A DNA stretch of 63,406 bases, filler included, from Hausera hauseri (taxonomy: Eukaryota): NCBI GenBank assembly GCA_046269625.1. It is 11 parts of 11 records of this genome, joined end to end, with 100 filler letters (N's around TTAATTAATTAA, not from the genome) between each part and the next. Parts side by side here need not be neighbours in the genome. Positions count along the whole stretch, not along the records: positions 22,237 to 28,969 come from JBJURY010071106.1; positions 29,070 to 33,428 come from JBJURY010618664.1; positions 33,529 to 39,892 come from JBJURY010107209.1; 8 more parts are not named here. One strand, 5' to 3'. This document shows, piece after piece, positions 23,961 to 36,990 of this stretch. Numbering within the stretch: position 1 is the stretch's first letter; each line of letters starts with the position of its first letter. The translations under genes and the position numbers were made by a program. The notes beneath the pieces were generated by a model. The model was not told the DNA's origin. It saw nothing but the letters and a program-made list of their open reading frames with translations, and did not search any database.

Positions 23961-24457
23961 ATTTCCCCCTTTCGTTTCCAAAGAAACGACAACAAAAAAG
24001 TTCTGTACAATAGTTAAGAAAGACTCTGAAGGGGTTGAAATCAAGTCCATGGCTTCATATCAAATATGGTTTGGCTAAAGACAATCATGAGCTTCAGATG
24101 GAATTTTAGCTAAGTGCTGTTTTTGTGGGTTAAAGACCCTTAAATGTAGCAAGCTAAATGTGTAAGAAGAAGTAAAAAATAATAATTATACATCAGAGGA
24201 AATGTACACTAATTCAAAAATCAAAAACATTTCACGTGTAACTCCTTGCATTAGGATGGCGAAGAACTGCTATATTTACAATCAGAGTAAGAACTGTTAA
24301 TAAGTGTTCTCAAGTTAAAGGTAGTGTTTCATCAAACAGTGTGTGTGTGTCATCAGAGCCTTTAAGATGTAAATCATCTACAAGGACGTGTTCGGTGTAG
24401 TCATAATCAATTGTGATAACGCTTCGTTCTCGTTTTATCTTAAGGTAAACCTTCATT

Positions 24458-25435
24458 CTATTTTAGTACAAAAGTTGTGGTTTCCGTGTGCATAAGTTCC
24501 ATTTCGGGGTGCTCAGTGTTATTGAGTAGGAGGGCATAAGTTTCAGACAGTTTTTCAGGTGTCAGGGCTGTGGAGATAATGCGAGTGGATAAAATACGGA
24601 AACAGGGTATACAACAACAACCACAAACAGCTAAAATAACGAAACAAACACCTGTAGCAATCATGAGAGACATAACGATGCTTTTCCATTGTCCGAACGT
24701 ATTGCTAAACCAATTGGAGATAGGGTCATTTATGCCTGATGCATCTTGCATTTCTTTAGACAAATCTTTGATGCCCTGTAGAGCTCTGGATACTTTACCA
24801 TCGGGTGCTGTGTTATTAGGTATGAATGTGCAACATTCATCACCAATCATGTGACAGACGCCTCCTTGTTCAGCTAAGAGCATGTCTAATGCAATTCTAT
24901 TTTGTACAGCCATTTTGGACGTGGGGCGAAGTTGGTCAGCGAGGCCTTCTATGGCATTACGAGTTAAGTTGGTCAAACGTAAAACATTGTAATGGACAAA
25001 GTTTATTCTTGCTACATTTTTGTTTACTGTCACATAGGGAATTAAAGATTCAAAACCTGCTAATATAGGGTTGGCTAGTTTGTATTCATCAGGTACACCT
25101 CTGGGTACACCAATTGCATCTATGTAAGTTGGTGAAACTTCTGGATCAAAGTCTGTAGATCTTCGCTTCCTGTTATGTGTAGTCTTGGCTAAAGCATGGC
25201 CTAATAAAGTAAGGGGTGCAGCGAGGCGAACTAGAGCGCAGAGTCCTATGGTTTGGGTAGGGATTTTTACAGATAGTCTTTGGCCGCCACAATAGTAATA
25301 TAAACCTGCTCTGGCCCAGGAACCAATAGTCTGGTTGTATTCATTTGTGGTAGTTACCTGGATTGTGGTGTTACACCAGTCGTGGTTTATTTCTCCATAA
25401 TTTTGAATTGGACTAGTTGTAGTAAAATTAAACAG
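24458..25435 (-). CDS. env: ERV envelope (C-terminal SU and TM; 5' part lost)
   Basis: Open frame upstream of the tracked ORF gives furin site RKRR|ST and YIDAIGVPRGVPDEYK; ISD AVQNRIALDMLLAEQGGVC; CX6CC; TM followed by CGCCCIPC. Confidence 0.93.
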   Translation of the reverse strand: MFNFTTTSPIQNYGEINHDWCNTTIQVTTTNEYNQTIGSWARAGLYYYCGGQRLSVKIPTQTIGLCALVRLAAPLTLLGHALAKTTHNRKRRSTDFDPEVSPTYIDAIGVPRGVPDEYKLANPILAGFESLIPYVTVNKNVARINFVHYNVLRLTNLTRNAIEGLADQLRPTSKMAVQNRIALDMLLAEQGGVCHMIGDECCTFIPNNTAPDGKVSRALQGIKDLSKEMQDASGINDPISNWFSNTFGQWKSIVMSLMIATGVCFVILAVCGCCCIPCFRILSTRIISTALTPEKLSETYALLLNNTEHPEMELMHTETTTFVLK

Positions 25436-25468
25436 TGATATCCGCCTATGATTTTGCTGGGTTTAAAT

Positions 25469-26569
25469 CAGGGGTGTCAAACTCAAATACACCAAGGGCC
25501 AAAAAAAAAAATTGCCACAAGCCAAGGGCCGGACTGGTTCAATGTTTATTATAAGGGGGTGATATAAGAATTTTTTTCTTCTTTCTGCACTCTTTTCATT
25601 CAATGTTTTCTTTTTGATGAATTTGTTTTATTTTGTCTCTTTTAAATGAATGAATAAATGAATTAAATAAAATATTAAATAGCTTTACATCTGCTAAGTT
25701 CTTGGCATAAACCAACACAGACATGTTCCTGTTTTTAGTATTTTACATTATTTTATAATGTAGCTGTTTATGTTTCGTTTTGTTTTTTTAATACAGTTTT
25801 CCTATGATTTGTAATTAATATGCTTTTTTTATGATTGTTTACTGTTGGCTGCAAGTATCAAGCTGCAAAATCCTTCATTTTCTACAGCTGATAGCTGTTG
25901 GTCATTAATTATGATGAAGTTTAGCAAACTCTCGGTGAACATTTGAGTTCCGTGGCTTCAGCGGTGTGTTTTTCTTGTTCAGTCCGGGGCAGGCGCTCTG
26001 ATTTCGGTCAGCCGCTCTCAGCCTGTCCCTCCTACGAGACGGTCAGACAGCGGGTCGGACTGGATGCAGCTGGCCGCGGTAGGTCTCCCCATTTCAGTTC
26101 AGTGAGAGTGGCGTCCTGCTGAAGCCCCAGAGCTCGAATGTCCAACGTAAAACTAACTTGACTGCAGTTTAATGTGGTGCTATGGCTCTGCAGACATTGC
26201 ACGTTGCTGTCTTGCGGTGTTTAGTGTAAAATACTTCCACACAGCGGACATGTTACAATGAAACGTTGGCTAGATATTAGCTAAAGTGCTGCTCACTCAG
26301 TCCTCACGCTGTAGCTGACTGCAAACTATGAAATGGATTTCCTGAATTTGAGGCGGGTCTTATTACTCTGGGTTCATGAGACACGACTCTGGATCGGATC
26401 GGCCCCATCCCTACTACCGTTGCATTGTGGTGTTGGTGCGTGCAAAACACCAGCGGGCAGCTGTGGTCTGCAGGCCGGTTCTAATAGTAATTAAATATCA
26501 TCCAGGGGGCCATAGATAATTAATTTGTGTGCCAGATCTGGCCCGCGTGCCTTGACTTTGACATATGTG
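25469..26569. mobile_element. Non-autonomous hAT (Charlie-like) element
   Basis: Ends CAGGGGTGTCAAACTC ... GACTTTGACATATGTG with GGCCC subterminal motifs; flanks GTTTAAAT and GTATAGAG do not match. Confidence 0.75.
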
Positions 26570-26746
26570 GTATAGAGGTAAAGTGACACATGCAATAAGG
26601 CTAGAAAAAATATATAAACAGTAGTGTGAATATAAATAGTAGTGTAATATAAATAATAGTACAACTGTAAACAGTAGTGCAAATTGAATGAGCACATGAG
26701 CATGTGTTGAGTGTATGACCCATTTTTAATGATGCAGAGTTCAGTG

Positions 26747-27925
26747 TTACAAATCTTTGTTGTGCGGTAATGTGTGAAAGTTTTCTTGTGTTAAGGCGGT
26801 ACAAGAGGGAGGAGAGGCAGAGCAGGCAGAGTTTAGCATCCTGACTGCCTGATGAACAGAGCTGTCTCTCAGTCTGCTAGTTCGAACCTGGAAACTCCGC
26901 AGTCTCCTCCCAACAGGCAACAGGCTGAAGAAGCTGTGTAGTGGGTGTGTAGGATCACCTGCCATGCAGAGGGCTTTCCGAGTGAGGCGGGTACTGTGTA
27001 AGTCATGTAGTGAAGGGAAGGAGGTACCGACGATCTTCTCAGCTGCTCTCACAATACACTGGAGGGTCTTGCTGCAGGATGCAGTACTTGCACCGAACCA
27101 CACCATGATGTAGCTGGTCAGGACACACTCTATGGCACCCCTGTAGAAGGTGCACATGATGGGGGTTGGATCTCCAGTTCTTTTCAACTTGCGGAGAAAG
27201 TAGAGGCGCTGGTGAGCCTTCTTGGCTGATGATGCAGTGTTCCTGCTCCAGGACAGGTCCTCTGAGACGTGCACTCCCAGGAACTTGCTGCTGCTCACTC
27301 TTTCCACAGTAGTATCATTGATGGTCAGAGGGGCATGCTGGACGTGCATCTTCCTGAAGTCCACAATAATTTCCTTTGTCTTATCCACGTTCAGAGAGAG
27401 ATTGTTGTGTCCGCACCACAAGGCCAGGCGGCTCACCTCGTTCCTGTAGTCTGTCTCATCATTGTTGCTGATGAGACCCACCACAGTCATATTGTCCGCA
27501 AACTTGAAAAATTAGTTGGAGCTATATGATGGTGTGCAGTCGTGTGTCAGCAGGGTGAATAGAAGGAGGCTCAGCATGCATCTTTGCGGGGCCCCTGTGT
27601 TCAGTGTGATGGTGCTGGATGTGTTATTGCCAACCCGTACTGCCTATAGTCTCCCGGTCAGGAAGTCTAGCAGACAGTTACACAATGAGGTGTTCAGCCC
27701 CAGACTGTCCAATTTAAGGATGAGCTGTTGGGGGGTGATTGTGTTGAATGCCGAGCAGAAGTCAATGAACAGCATTCTAACATACAGTAAGAGTCCTTAG
27801 TGTCCAGATGTGTGAGGGCTGTGTGGAGGGCAGAGGAAATGGCATTGTTGGTCGAACGATTAGGCCGACATGCAAACTGGAAAGGATCCAGGGAGGCAGG
27901 AAGGACGGATTTGATGAAAAGGAAG
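26747..27925 (-). mobile_element. Rex1/Babar-type non-LTR retrotransposon, 5'-truncated RT plus DUF1891-type tail
   Basis: [14 protein letters not shown]; FIDF..AFNT; FADNMTVVGLISNNDETDYRNEV; LNVDKTKEIIVDFRK; KFLGVH; KKAHQRLYFLRKL. Typical of teleost genomes. Confidence 0.92.
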
Positions 27926-28969
27926 CACAAATACGGCTGCAATGTAATGAAATAAAGGCAAGCCGACATGGCTGCACAATGTAACTAAAACAAGCCCAGA
28001 AATGGTTGCAATGTAATGAATAATGGCAAACCGACACAGCTGCACAACAAACAGAAAAGCAAGCCCGAAAACAACTAAAATACACGTAAAAAAGGTGGCG
28101 CAAAGCCGAACATGGCTGCTACACCAGCAAATGATATGGTTATACAAATGAAAAACAAAGCAAGCACAAGTTTCTCAAACAAACAAAAGACAAGTAGGTT
28201 GAAACTGGCTAAACACCATACTTGAGCCAATAAGGAAACTTGATGTGGCTAACAAACGCACTACAGCCAGATCAACAGAAATAAACAACTTACCAGTTGA
28301 AGTACAATTGTATCAAAGAGGCTATCCGCTTGCGCAGCCTCTGGCGGGCAAGACAATTCCGCAGCTCTGACCATAATCTCGAGGCTACTAGCATCAAGCA
28401 AAAAAGCAAACCTCTTACCACCTGTCCAACCTGCATGCGATAAGATGATGGGACTGAGCTACCATTGTCACGTGCTTATATAGACTCACAGTTGTCGCCG
28501 GGGGTCACACGTGACCATGATGGAATAAGATACTCAACCATAGCATGCGCAAAAATGATCATTCAGTGCTTTAAGCACCACTTCTCGCCGTCAGTAGGGA
28601 TGAAACACAATTATAACTTTTCTTTTTTATATGCCAATTGCACCTTATCAGTAATTAATAAATATTTATGTATGAAGCATTAAAAAAATATCTTATTAAT
28701 TTCCAAATCACTTAGTGACAACAAACAAGAAGTAGGAATTATAGAGCCAGCAGAGAAACTCTTCTTCAAAGTGCCTGTTGAAGAAGACTACTGCTCATTC
28801 TTCCCCAAATTTTTCATAGTCTAATTTCATGATGTGCAGACTAAGAGGAAGGTTTGATCTTTTCCAACTGCCATTTTCTTCTTCTGGTATGTAATATATC
28901 AAGTTCACACGAGAAGATGTAAAAAATGGCAGGTTGGCTTTCTTGGACTGTGAGGTCTCAGTTTCTGAT

Positions 28970-29069
28970 NNNNNNNNNNNNNNNNNNNNNNNNNNNNNNN
29001 NNNNNNNNNNNNNTTAATTAATTAANNNNNNNNNNNNNNNNNNNNNNNNNNNNNNNNNNNNNNNNNNNN
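28970..29069. other. Artificial contig spacer
   Basis: N44-TTAATTAATTAA-N44. Confidence 0.99.
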
Positions 29070-32000
29070 ATGTGCAATACACAACCCGCAGAATTGCCAC
29101 AATGCCATGAGGAGCTATTCTGGATACAAATTCAATAGAGTGCTCTATTATATTTGTTCTGGATGTGAAGCTGTATGTGATGGAGAATACATGCACTTTT
29201 ACAAAGCTCATATTGCCCACTAGACAGACTTCAATTCAAAACCAAAGAAGGTCATATTTAATGAGCAGCATCCTGCTTTCCTGGAATATTCAAGGGAGGA
29301 GGCAGCAGGAATTCTCCAGGACAACTTGTTGCAGCTGGTGGCCCTTAAGGTGAACTTCAAATTGGAAGCCACCTTCACCATTGTCAAAGGAGAGCTGTCC
29401 AATAGTGCCTTCAAGACAAGGAACAGGCCACTATTGAAATCCTTTAACATTAAGGATTTCATTACAGAAGACTATGCAAGGCTCATCCCTGAAGCCGAAG
29501 AAAGCCAGGACAAGAAGAGCGGTTGGACTTTAGCAACAATAAAGGGGTTACTTGTGTATGTGCACAAGCATTCTCCCATGGGAGGCAGGTCCTACATAGT
29601 GCTTCCTGAATGGATAGTTAAGAAAAAGGCATGTGTCAATGTCCATAATATGACAACATGTGTTTCATGTATGCCATTTCATCAAAACTAATCCAGGATC
29701 AGCGTAATGCTTCCCGAGTTTGGACATATGACAAAGTGCAGTACACATACGACTTCAGCTGTATTTCATTACTGCCGAGCCTAGATGAAGTTGTGAAATT
29801 TGAAAGCGTGAACAACATCTCAATCAACATGTTCGGATTGGAGGAGGACAAATTTTATCCATTACATGTGTGCAAGGAGGAATTGGAGGATCGTAGGGAA
29901 CTGCTCCTGCTAGATGATGGAGAAACGAGGCATTTCATCTAGATCAAGAACTTTGAGCTCCTCGTGGGATCCCAAATATCCAAGCATAAATCAAGGCTGG
30001 AAATATGCAAGAGATGCTTTACCCATTTTAATGGGTAGACAGCCGCAGAAAAGCTGGTGGAGCACAAGACCTACTGTAATACAAACTATTGCATCCGAGC
30101 AGAATTCCCCAAGGAGGTTTACCTGGAATTCAAGGGGTTTGAAAAGATGCAGAAGGTGCCGATTGTTGTCTATTGTGATTTTGAGGCCATCCTTAACTCA
30201 GTTCACAGCTGCAGCCCTAATCCCCAACATAGCAGCACAACAGCATACCAATATCATAAACTCTCATCATATTGTATGTATGCCAAAGGACTGGACAGTG
30301 AACCATTTCTATTTAGAGGGCCAGACGCAGCAGCACATTTTATGAAGAGATTAAAAGACATGGCTCATAGGCTTGAAAACATGCTTCAGCACATGAGGAT
30401 ACAATAATCATATCGAAGCAACAAGAAGATGAATGGCGCAAGGCAACAACATGTTACTTGTGCGACAAGTCATTCACCAAGGATAATTATAAAGTCAGTG
30501 ATCATTGCCATTTTACAGGCAAATATCGAGTAGCTGCATGCAACAACTGTAATCTTTGTTGCAAAACATGTACATATGTGTCTGTAATGTTCCAAAATCT
30601 CACTGGTTATGATTCCAACTTCATTGTTTGGGAACAGGGTAATATTGAGGGGAACACTGATGTCATTCCAAACAGTGAGGAAAAATATATCACCCTCACT
30701 AAGCATGTGAACCGCATTAGACTTCTATTCATAGACAGCTTCCGCTCCATGAGCTCGTCACTGGGTAGTTTAGTGAAAATCCTCCCTGCAGATGAACTCA
30801 AGGAGACGAAGCGGTTCTTTCCCACTGCATTTGACCTCGTCAAGAGAAAAGGCGTGTTCCTGTATGATTATAATACATCATGGGAAACACTGGATGAAGA
30901 AGCATTATCGGACAAGAAGGACTTCTATAGTCAGTTGTTACCCAGTCACATTAGCGATGCTGACTATGATCATGCCCAAAGAGTATGGCAAACCTTCCAG
31001 TGCAGGACAGTAGGGGAATACAGTGATATCTATCTCTTCACAGATGTGCTGCTGCTTACGGATGTCTTCGAAAGCTTCCGGGATGTGACCCTTAAGAGAC
31101 ACAAGTTAGATCCAGCCCATTTCTTTACAGCTTCAGGAATAAGGTGAGCGGCAATGCTGCGCTATACCGGCATAAAACTGCAGATATTGAAGGATTACAA
31201 TGTGGTCCTCATAATTAAATGAGGCATCAGGGATGGAATATGCCAGGCCATTCACAAGTACAGTGAGGCCAACAACAAATATATGGAAGACTATGATCCA
31301 TCAAAGGAATCCTCATATATATAATATCTGGATGCCAACAACTTGTATAGATAAGCAACGAGTAACCCATTGACCTATGGTAACTTCAATTGGGTCAAGA
31401 ATCCTGAAAACATCCCAATATTGTACCTAAATCCCACTGGAGATACGGGCTATATACAGGAGGTGGATGTGGAATACCCACATAACATCCACACAGGGCA
31501 TAAGCAACTGCCATTTCTGCCGGACAGCAAGAAGCCACCAAATGGTAAGCATAAGAAGCTGCTCTGCCATCTCGAAAACATGGCAAGGTATGTAGTCCAC
31601 TACATCAATCTCCAACAGGCCATCCAAAATGGACTCCGAGTCATCAGGATTCATCGGACCCTGCAGGTCAGCCAGTCCAAATGGTTGAATCCATACATAG
31701 ACCATAATACCCAGTTGAGGGCCAATGCCAAGAACGAGTTTGAAAAAGACCAATTCAAGTTATATAACAACTTGGTCTTTGGCAAAACTATGGAGAACAT
31801 CCGGAACCAGATAAATATTGAGCTGGTATGTGACTGGAAGAGGGCAAAGAAACTCATCGCCAAGCCCAACTTCCACAGCAGCACAATCTACACGGAGAAT
31901 CTGATGCGCATCCATATACTCAAGATATTACTTGAGTTCAACAAGCCTATATATGTGGGCATGTCCATATTGGATCTATCCAAGACCTTGATGTACGACT

Positions 32001-32524
32001 TTCATTACAACATCATGGCCCCTGCATTCAAGGAGTTCCAGCTAATGTACATGGACACGGACATTTTTATATACCAGATCCATACAGATGATATCTTTGA
32101 AAAGTTTGCAAAATTGAAGCAGTATATAGATACCTCGGACTATCCGAAGGATCATCCAAATTACTCAATCGTTAACAAGAAGGTCCTCGGGAAGTTTAAA
32201 GACAAGGCGAATGGGAAGATCATCACCCGTTTCGTGGCGTTGAGATCAAAAATGTACGTCATCGATGTAAGTGGTCAGGTAAAGAATCAGGCCAAGGGAG
32301 TTCAAAGGGCAACATTAGCTAAAGACATTGGCTTTGGAGATTTTGAGAGAGTCTTGCGGGAGCAAACTCACATAGTCAGCGAGATGAAAAGGATCCAGTC
32401 ACGGGAACATCATATTGCCACAGTTGCGTTGCAGAAGAAAAGTCTTGACTGGTTCGATGGCAAGAGGCACATTCTTGAAGACAAAATCCACACACTATCT
32501 CATGGGCATGTGGCATTATTGTAA
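29070..32524 (+). pseudogene. Protein-primed family B DNA polymerase of a Polinton/adintovirus, fragmented
   Basis: SGWTL; VYCDFEA (ExoI); DHCHFTGKYRVAACNNCNL; QNLTGYDS; FIDSFR; KGVFLY; YLDANNLY; KLYNNLVFGKTMEN; YMDTD; LRSKMY; AKGV. Confidence 0.96.
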
Positions 32525-32751
32525 CAATGTTCATATTGTTATTCTTTGTTATTCTGTGTTCAATAAATGTTGTATAGAAATATCGTGTTGTCTTCTCGAT
32601 CAAGTAATGTGGGATATAGGATAAGTCCAAGTAAAACTAAGTAACTACTATATAGGTTAAGACCAAGTAAAACTTAGATCAATAAAATCAGTAAATTTGA
32701 ATAATCATTACAGTGCGACATTTAATTGTATTAATCTTTCATTATTTTAAA

Positions 32752-32958
32752 ATGTTGAAAACTTGTCCGATTTGTTGGGAGCAGATGCCTAATAAAACAA
32801 AGAGATTGGCGACATGCGACACACATACATTCTGCACAGAATGTCTGCAAAAATGGCTAAGCAGTAAAATGTCATGTTCGATATACAGAACAAAGTGTGA
32901 GTATGTGGTAGTCCAGAATGCTGAAGACCAGTGCCTGTATGTAAGATGGGTAGAGTGA
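32752..32958 (+). CDS. Small RING-finger protein (Polinton accessory, last ligand degenerate)
   Basis: MLKTCPICWEQ...TCDTHTFCTECLQKWL...SCSIYR. Confidence 0.75.
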   Translation: MLKTCPICWEQMPNKTKRLATCDTHTFCTECLQKWLSSKMSCSIYRTKCEYVVVQNAEDQCLYVRWVE

Positions 32959-33092
32959 CTGATAAAAACCCTACATGAATTCTTACCAGACAATAACAGT
33001 GATGATACTATTATTATGTGATTGTTGTGTTCAATACATGTTGTTTTCAATATACTTTAAATCTTATAAAACCAATTAATTTCATAACACAT

Positions 33093-33428
33093 TTATTTAG
33101 TAACAATATAACTTTGACATAACGCTAAACAGTTTTTATATGCACAATGTGAACCATGTTCATGATAAATACATGTAATGTTCTTTGGTATAGTTACCAA
33201 TTTTGTACATTTATATGCACATATTCGCAATTCTGGAAATGTGCTATTAAGTATCTTTTCCTTTCTCCCATCAGCATGGTCTTTGACATAGAACATGGAT
33301 TCATTTATATCACATATATTCCCAATATTTCGCATAATACAATCTAAGCAGAAGTGGGTATTATATTCCTCCCACGTCAGTTTATGGTGATGTTGGGTCA
33401 GGTAAGCATTGGTTGCTTGAGCCTTGCT
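33093..33428 (-). CDS. C-terminal half of the DEDD-like nuclease/Zn-motif protein (homolog of 4159-4646)
   Basis: TNAYLTQHHHKLTWEE..FCLDCIMR...FYVKD...FPELR...CIYHEHGSHCAYKNCL. Confidence 0.7.
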   Translation of the reverse strand, partial: SKAQATNAYLTQHHHKLTWEEYNTHFCLDCIMRNIGNICDINESMFYVKDHADGRKEKILNSTFPELRICAYKCTKLVTIPKNITCIYHEHGSHCAYKNCLALCQSYIVTK

Positions 33429-33528
33429 NNNNNNNNNNNNNNNNNNNNNNNNNNNNNNNNNNNNNNNNNNNNTTAATTAATTAANNNNNNNNNNNNNNNN
33501 NNNNNNNNNNNNNNNNNNNNNNNNNNNN
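33429..33528. other. Artificial contig spacer
   Basis: N44-TTAATTAATTAA-N44. Confidence 0.99.
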
Positions 33529-36500
33529 GCAGCTGAGCTTGTGTGAAAATGGGCTTAAAATTACTGGAGCTAACAGATCTGGAAATAAAATCAGCAATTA
33601 AGTTATTTACACCGTTAATGTGTTTGATCTCAAAATTGAACGTCGACAAGTATGAGATCTGTCGTTCTTGTCGAGTAGATGGGTGTTTCATTCCTATGAT
33701 ATTTATTAGGGCTTTATGGTCAGTTTGTATGGTGAAACATCGAGCAGTGAGTAAATGTGAGAAGTGTTTCAAGGCAATAACTATCGCTAGTAGTTCTCGG
33801 TCGAACGTGGAGTATCTAATTTCAGGGGGTGTTACTTTTCGTGAAAAGAACTCCAGTGGCTGATCTTCACCTTTATGGATTTGATGAAGTACTGCGCCCA
33901 CAGCAGTGGTGGAGGCGTCTGTTGTGAGAATCAGCTGTGCATCTTGTTTGGGGAAAGCTAATATTTCGACGGTTTTTAAACCTTCTCTTAGCTTTTCGAA
34001 TTTGTAAAATAGTTCAGGGATCCATTGTATTGGCCGATGTCTTTTTTTACTACTGAGGTGAGCAAATGGTACGGTAAGTTCGGAGCAGTGCGGCCTATAC
34101 TTGTGAATGAAGTGCAAAGTGCCCAAAAAGCTCCTCATTTCTGTTGTTGTTCGAAGTAGTTGCACGTTTTATAGGGCTTCAACTCGATCGTGCTGAGGTA
34201 AGTGACCTTCTGAAGAAATGATGTGACCAAGGAAATTTGTAAGCTTCTGGAAAAAGAGACATTTGGCAAAATTAATCTGCAGGTTATGCAGGATTAGGCG
34301 TTGAAAGATTGATCTGAGGTGTTCTTCGTGTTGTTTGGTTGAGGAAGAAACAATTAATATGTCATCGATGTAGGGGTGAGAATATGGAAAATCTGAACGA
34401 ATAGCATCGATGTGACGTTGAAAGGTCTGCGCGGCGTTCCGTAGTCCGAATGACATATATAGATATTCGTAAAGACCGAAAGGTGTTGTAACGGCGGTTT
34501 TTTCGATATCTTCGGGTTCCACCGAGATTTGGTGATAAGCCTTGGTGAGGTAAATAGTTGAATAGATTGTGGTGAAATTGGGGCGATGTAATATGTCTTT
34601 TATGAAGGGTAAAGGATACGCGTCCATTACAGTCAAAGAGTTTAGCTGCCGGTAATCACCAGAATGACGCCACGATCCATCCTTTTTTGCACTACATGTA
34701 AAGGAGAAAAAATGGAAACTTTGATCGATGTACAATTCCGAAGCGTTCAAGATCAGCGAATTCGGCTTCGATCGCCTGTCTGCGTCTGGACGAAAATGGT
34801 CGTACCTTTTGACTAATAGGCCTTTGATGTTGCCTAATGATGTGATGGAAAGTACTATTTTCTGGTTCTGAAAGACCTATCTTTCTTAAGTACACGAGCA
34901 CATGACATAATAAGGTACTGTTGGCGATTTTTCGGTAACTGTGAAAAATCGAGCGGAATGGTTGTGTCATGAATAGCTGAAATTTGAAAGGTACTCGGTG
35001 GCTTAACATCTGTACGTTTATTAGATAGACTGAATGTGCCGAAAAATGGATCAGAGGTAGTAATTCTATTCAATGTGTGTATTATTTTAAAGAAATCGCA
35101 CTTGTCGTTGTTTAATCTTGCTTTGTTGTCAGCATCGTATTTGATTAATTTACGAAATATATTGTGGTTATGAGAAATTGCTGGTTTAATAGTCTGTATT
35201 TTCAAAATAGACTTCCTTGGGCCGTTCGTTCGTGTGATGGTTGAGACATTATTCATCAGTTCGGTTTGATTTTTCTTGATGATGTTTTTCAAATATCGGT
35301 GTTTACAATCCACAAGGAGATTGTAATGCGACAGAAAATCGGACCCAAGGATAGCCGTTTGGACATTTGCGACTGTAAATGTCCAATGAAATTCAGGGGA
35401 GAAATTTGGCAAGGTGAAGGAAAGTGTAGAAGTTCCGAAAACATGTAACGGTTGTCCGGAAGCTGTGAAAAGAGATTTCACTTTAGATGTAACGTAGTGG
35501 ACAGTAAAGGTGAGTGGTAGAAGTGATATTGCTGCACCTGTGTCGATAAGGAAGTTTATATGTTGGGGTCTCGGGGCGATGGTAGAAGCTTTTAATGTGA
35601 ACACAGCAAAAGAAATTTTTCGGCTATTAGCAAGTGGAGAAATGCCTTCGCCAGTGCGTGCCGAAAGCTCTGGCAGCGACATTAATTTTTGAAAAAGGAA
35701 AAACAGGGCGGCTGTTAGAAGGCAGATTTGTGCGTTCCCCATTTGCATGATAAAGTTTGTTGTTAAAAGTGCAACCAGAGATGCGTCTGCGTGCATTGTC
35801 TGAATTTTGCATGATATATGCAAATGACGTTGTCTGTTTGGTATTTTTGATTATAAAATTTACGCCCTAGGTGACATTTTGTGCATTATCATCAAACCTA
35901 CCGTGGTAATAGCAAATCAGTGACCGTCCCGTTGAGGATGATTGATTATGAGATGCGGAACGGTTACGGTCAGGAATGAAAGCCCCCCGTCGAGTCAATG
36001 AAATCTCGTTCAGTTTATTGCTTATGTTACTTATTTTTGTTTGTAGGGCCGCATTTTCGGCTCGTAGTTGATTTAACTGCTGTTCGAATGTAGCGTTGTT
36101 GGTAGTAACGGCTGCAGAAATGACTGGTTGGGTGTGTACATTCAAAACCTCATATGTTTTGTCTGCCACTTCGGCCATTTTATCAAGCGTTGTCGATTCT
36201 TCGACGACAGTAAATAAGGCCCTAATTTGTATGGGCAATGCGTTTAGGAAGTAGCGTCGCAAAAGATCGGCGTTATGTTGTTTAATCACGCCAAGTGTTT
36301 GAAGTTGAACGAGTGAAGTTCTAAGGAAATCTAATGGTTTTGGGCGTTCCCATAGCATTGTCGTTGAAGAACCGATGAATTATAGAGTCCATAGATAATT
36401 CGGTAAGCTTTAAAACGGTATTGTAAAGATAGTTGTATGGATCTGGTTGATGAAAGATGTCTAGCAAATCATAAATGGACGTTTTTACATTTGGCGGTAA

Positions 36501-36990
36501 AAGACAAAGTAGGTTATGAGCTTTGGTTAGTGGATCAATGATGTTGTTAAACTGCAGCCAAAGTTTGAGAAAGCTAAGCCAGGTTTTGCTGGATTTTTCG
36601 TGATTGATAAAATACTCCGTGCACTGAGAAGAAGTGTGTTTGGCTGGCGGGACGAAAGATGTATAACTGGTGAAAGTAGATGGTGTGGTTACGGTCGTTG
36701 CTTTCTGGTGAAAAGCAAAGTGTGATTTTTTAGAGGTAGTTTTGTCAGTGGTACCAATGGTTCGTAAAGAGTCCATTCCATCACGTATGCGCAAATGTAT
36801 ATGGATAACGAGATATGGGGTCGAAGAAGAAAAAAATTGCGGACATTGGCATTAACGAGTAGTACATTATTAAGGGTTAAGTAAGAGTCTAAAAGAGCAT
36901 TAAAATGTTGTACGTATTTGCGTAAGTAAAGTTAGTCTATATGGTATATCGTTTTGTGCACCAGTATTTGTGAATTACTTAATAAAAAGT
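33529..36990 (-). mobile_element. Ty3/Gypsy LTR retrotransposon (Ubl-Gag, PR, RT, RNase H), decayed
   Basis: Gag with CYYH.RF knuckle; FLIDTGAAISLLP; DYRQLN, AYHQI, FGLRNAAQTFQR, YIDDILI; TTDAS, YSTFDRELLA, TDHK. Confidence 0.95.

Larger units (their letters stand above)
22237..25468 (-). mobile_element. Fish-type (epsilon/gamma-like class I) endogenous retrovirus: env-PPT-LTR-PBS-leader-gag
   Basis: See component features; all lie on the - strand. Confidence 0.92.

Noticed and set aside
663-33428. Reading contigs 1 and 6 as one continuous giant virus genome
   Set aside because: Separated by several spacers and unrelated contigs; both carry the same nuclease gene, so they are at best related elements.
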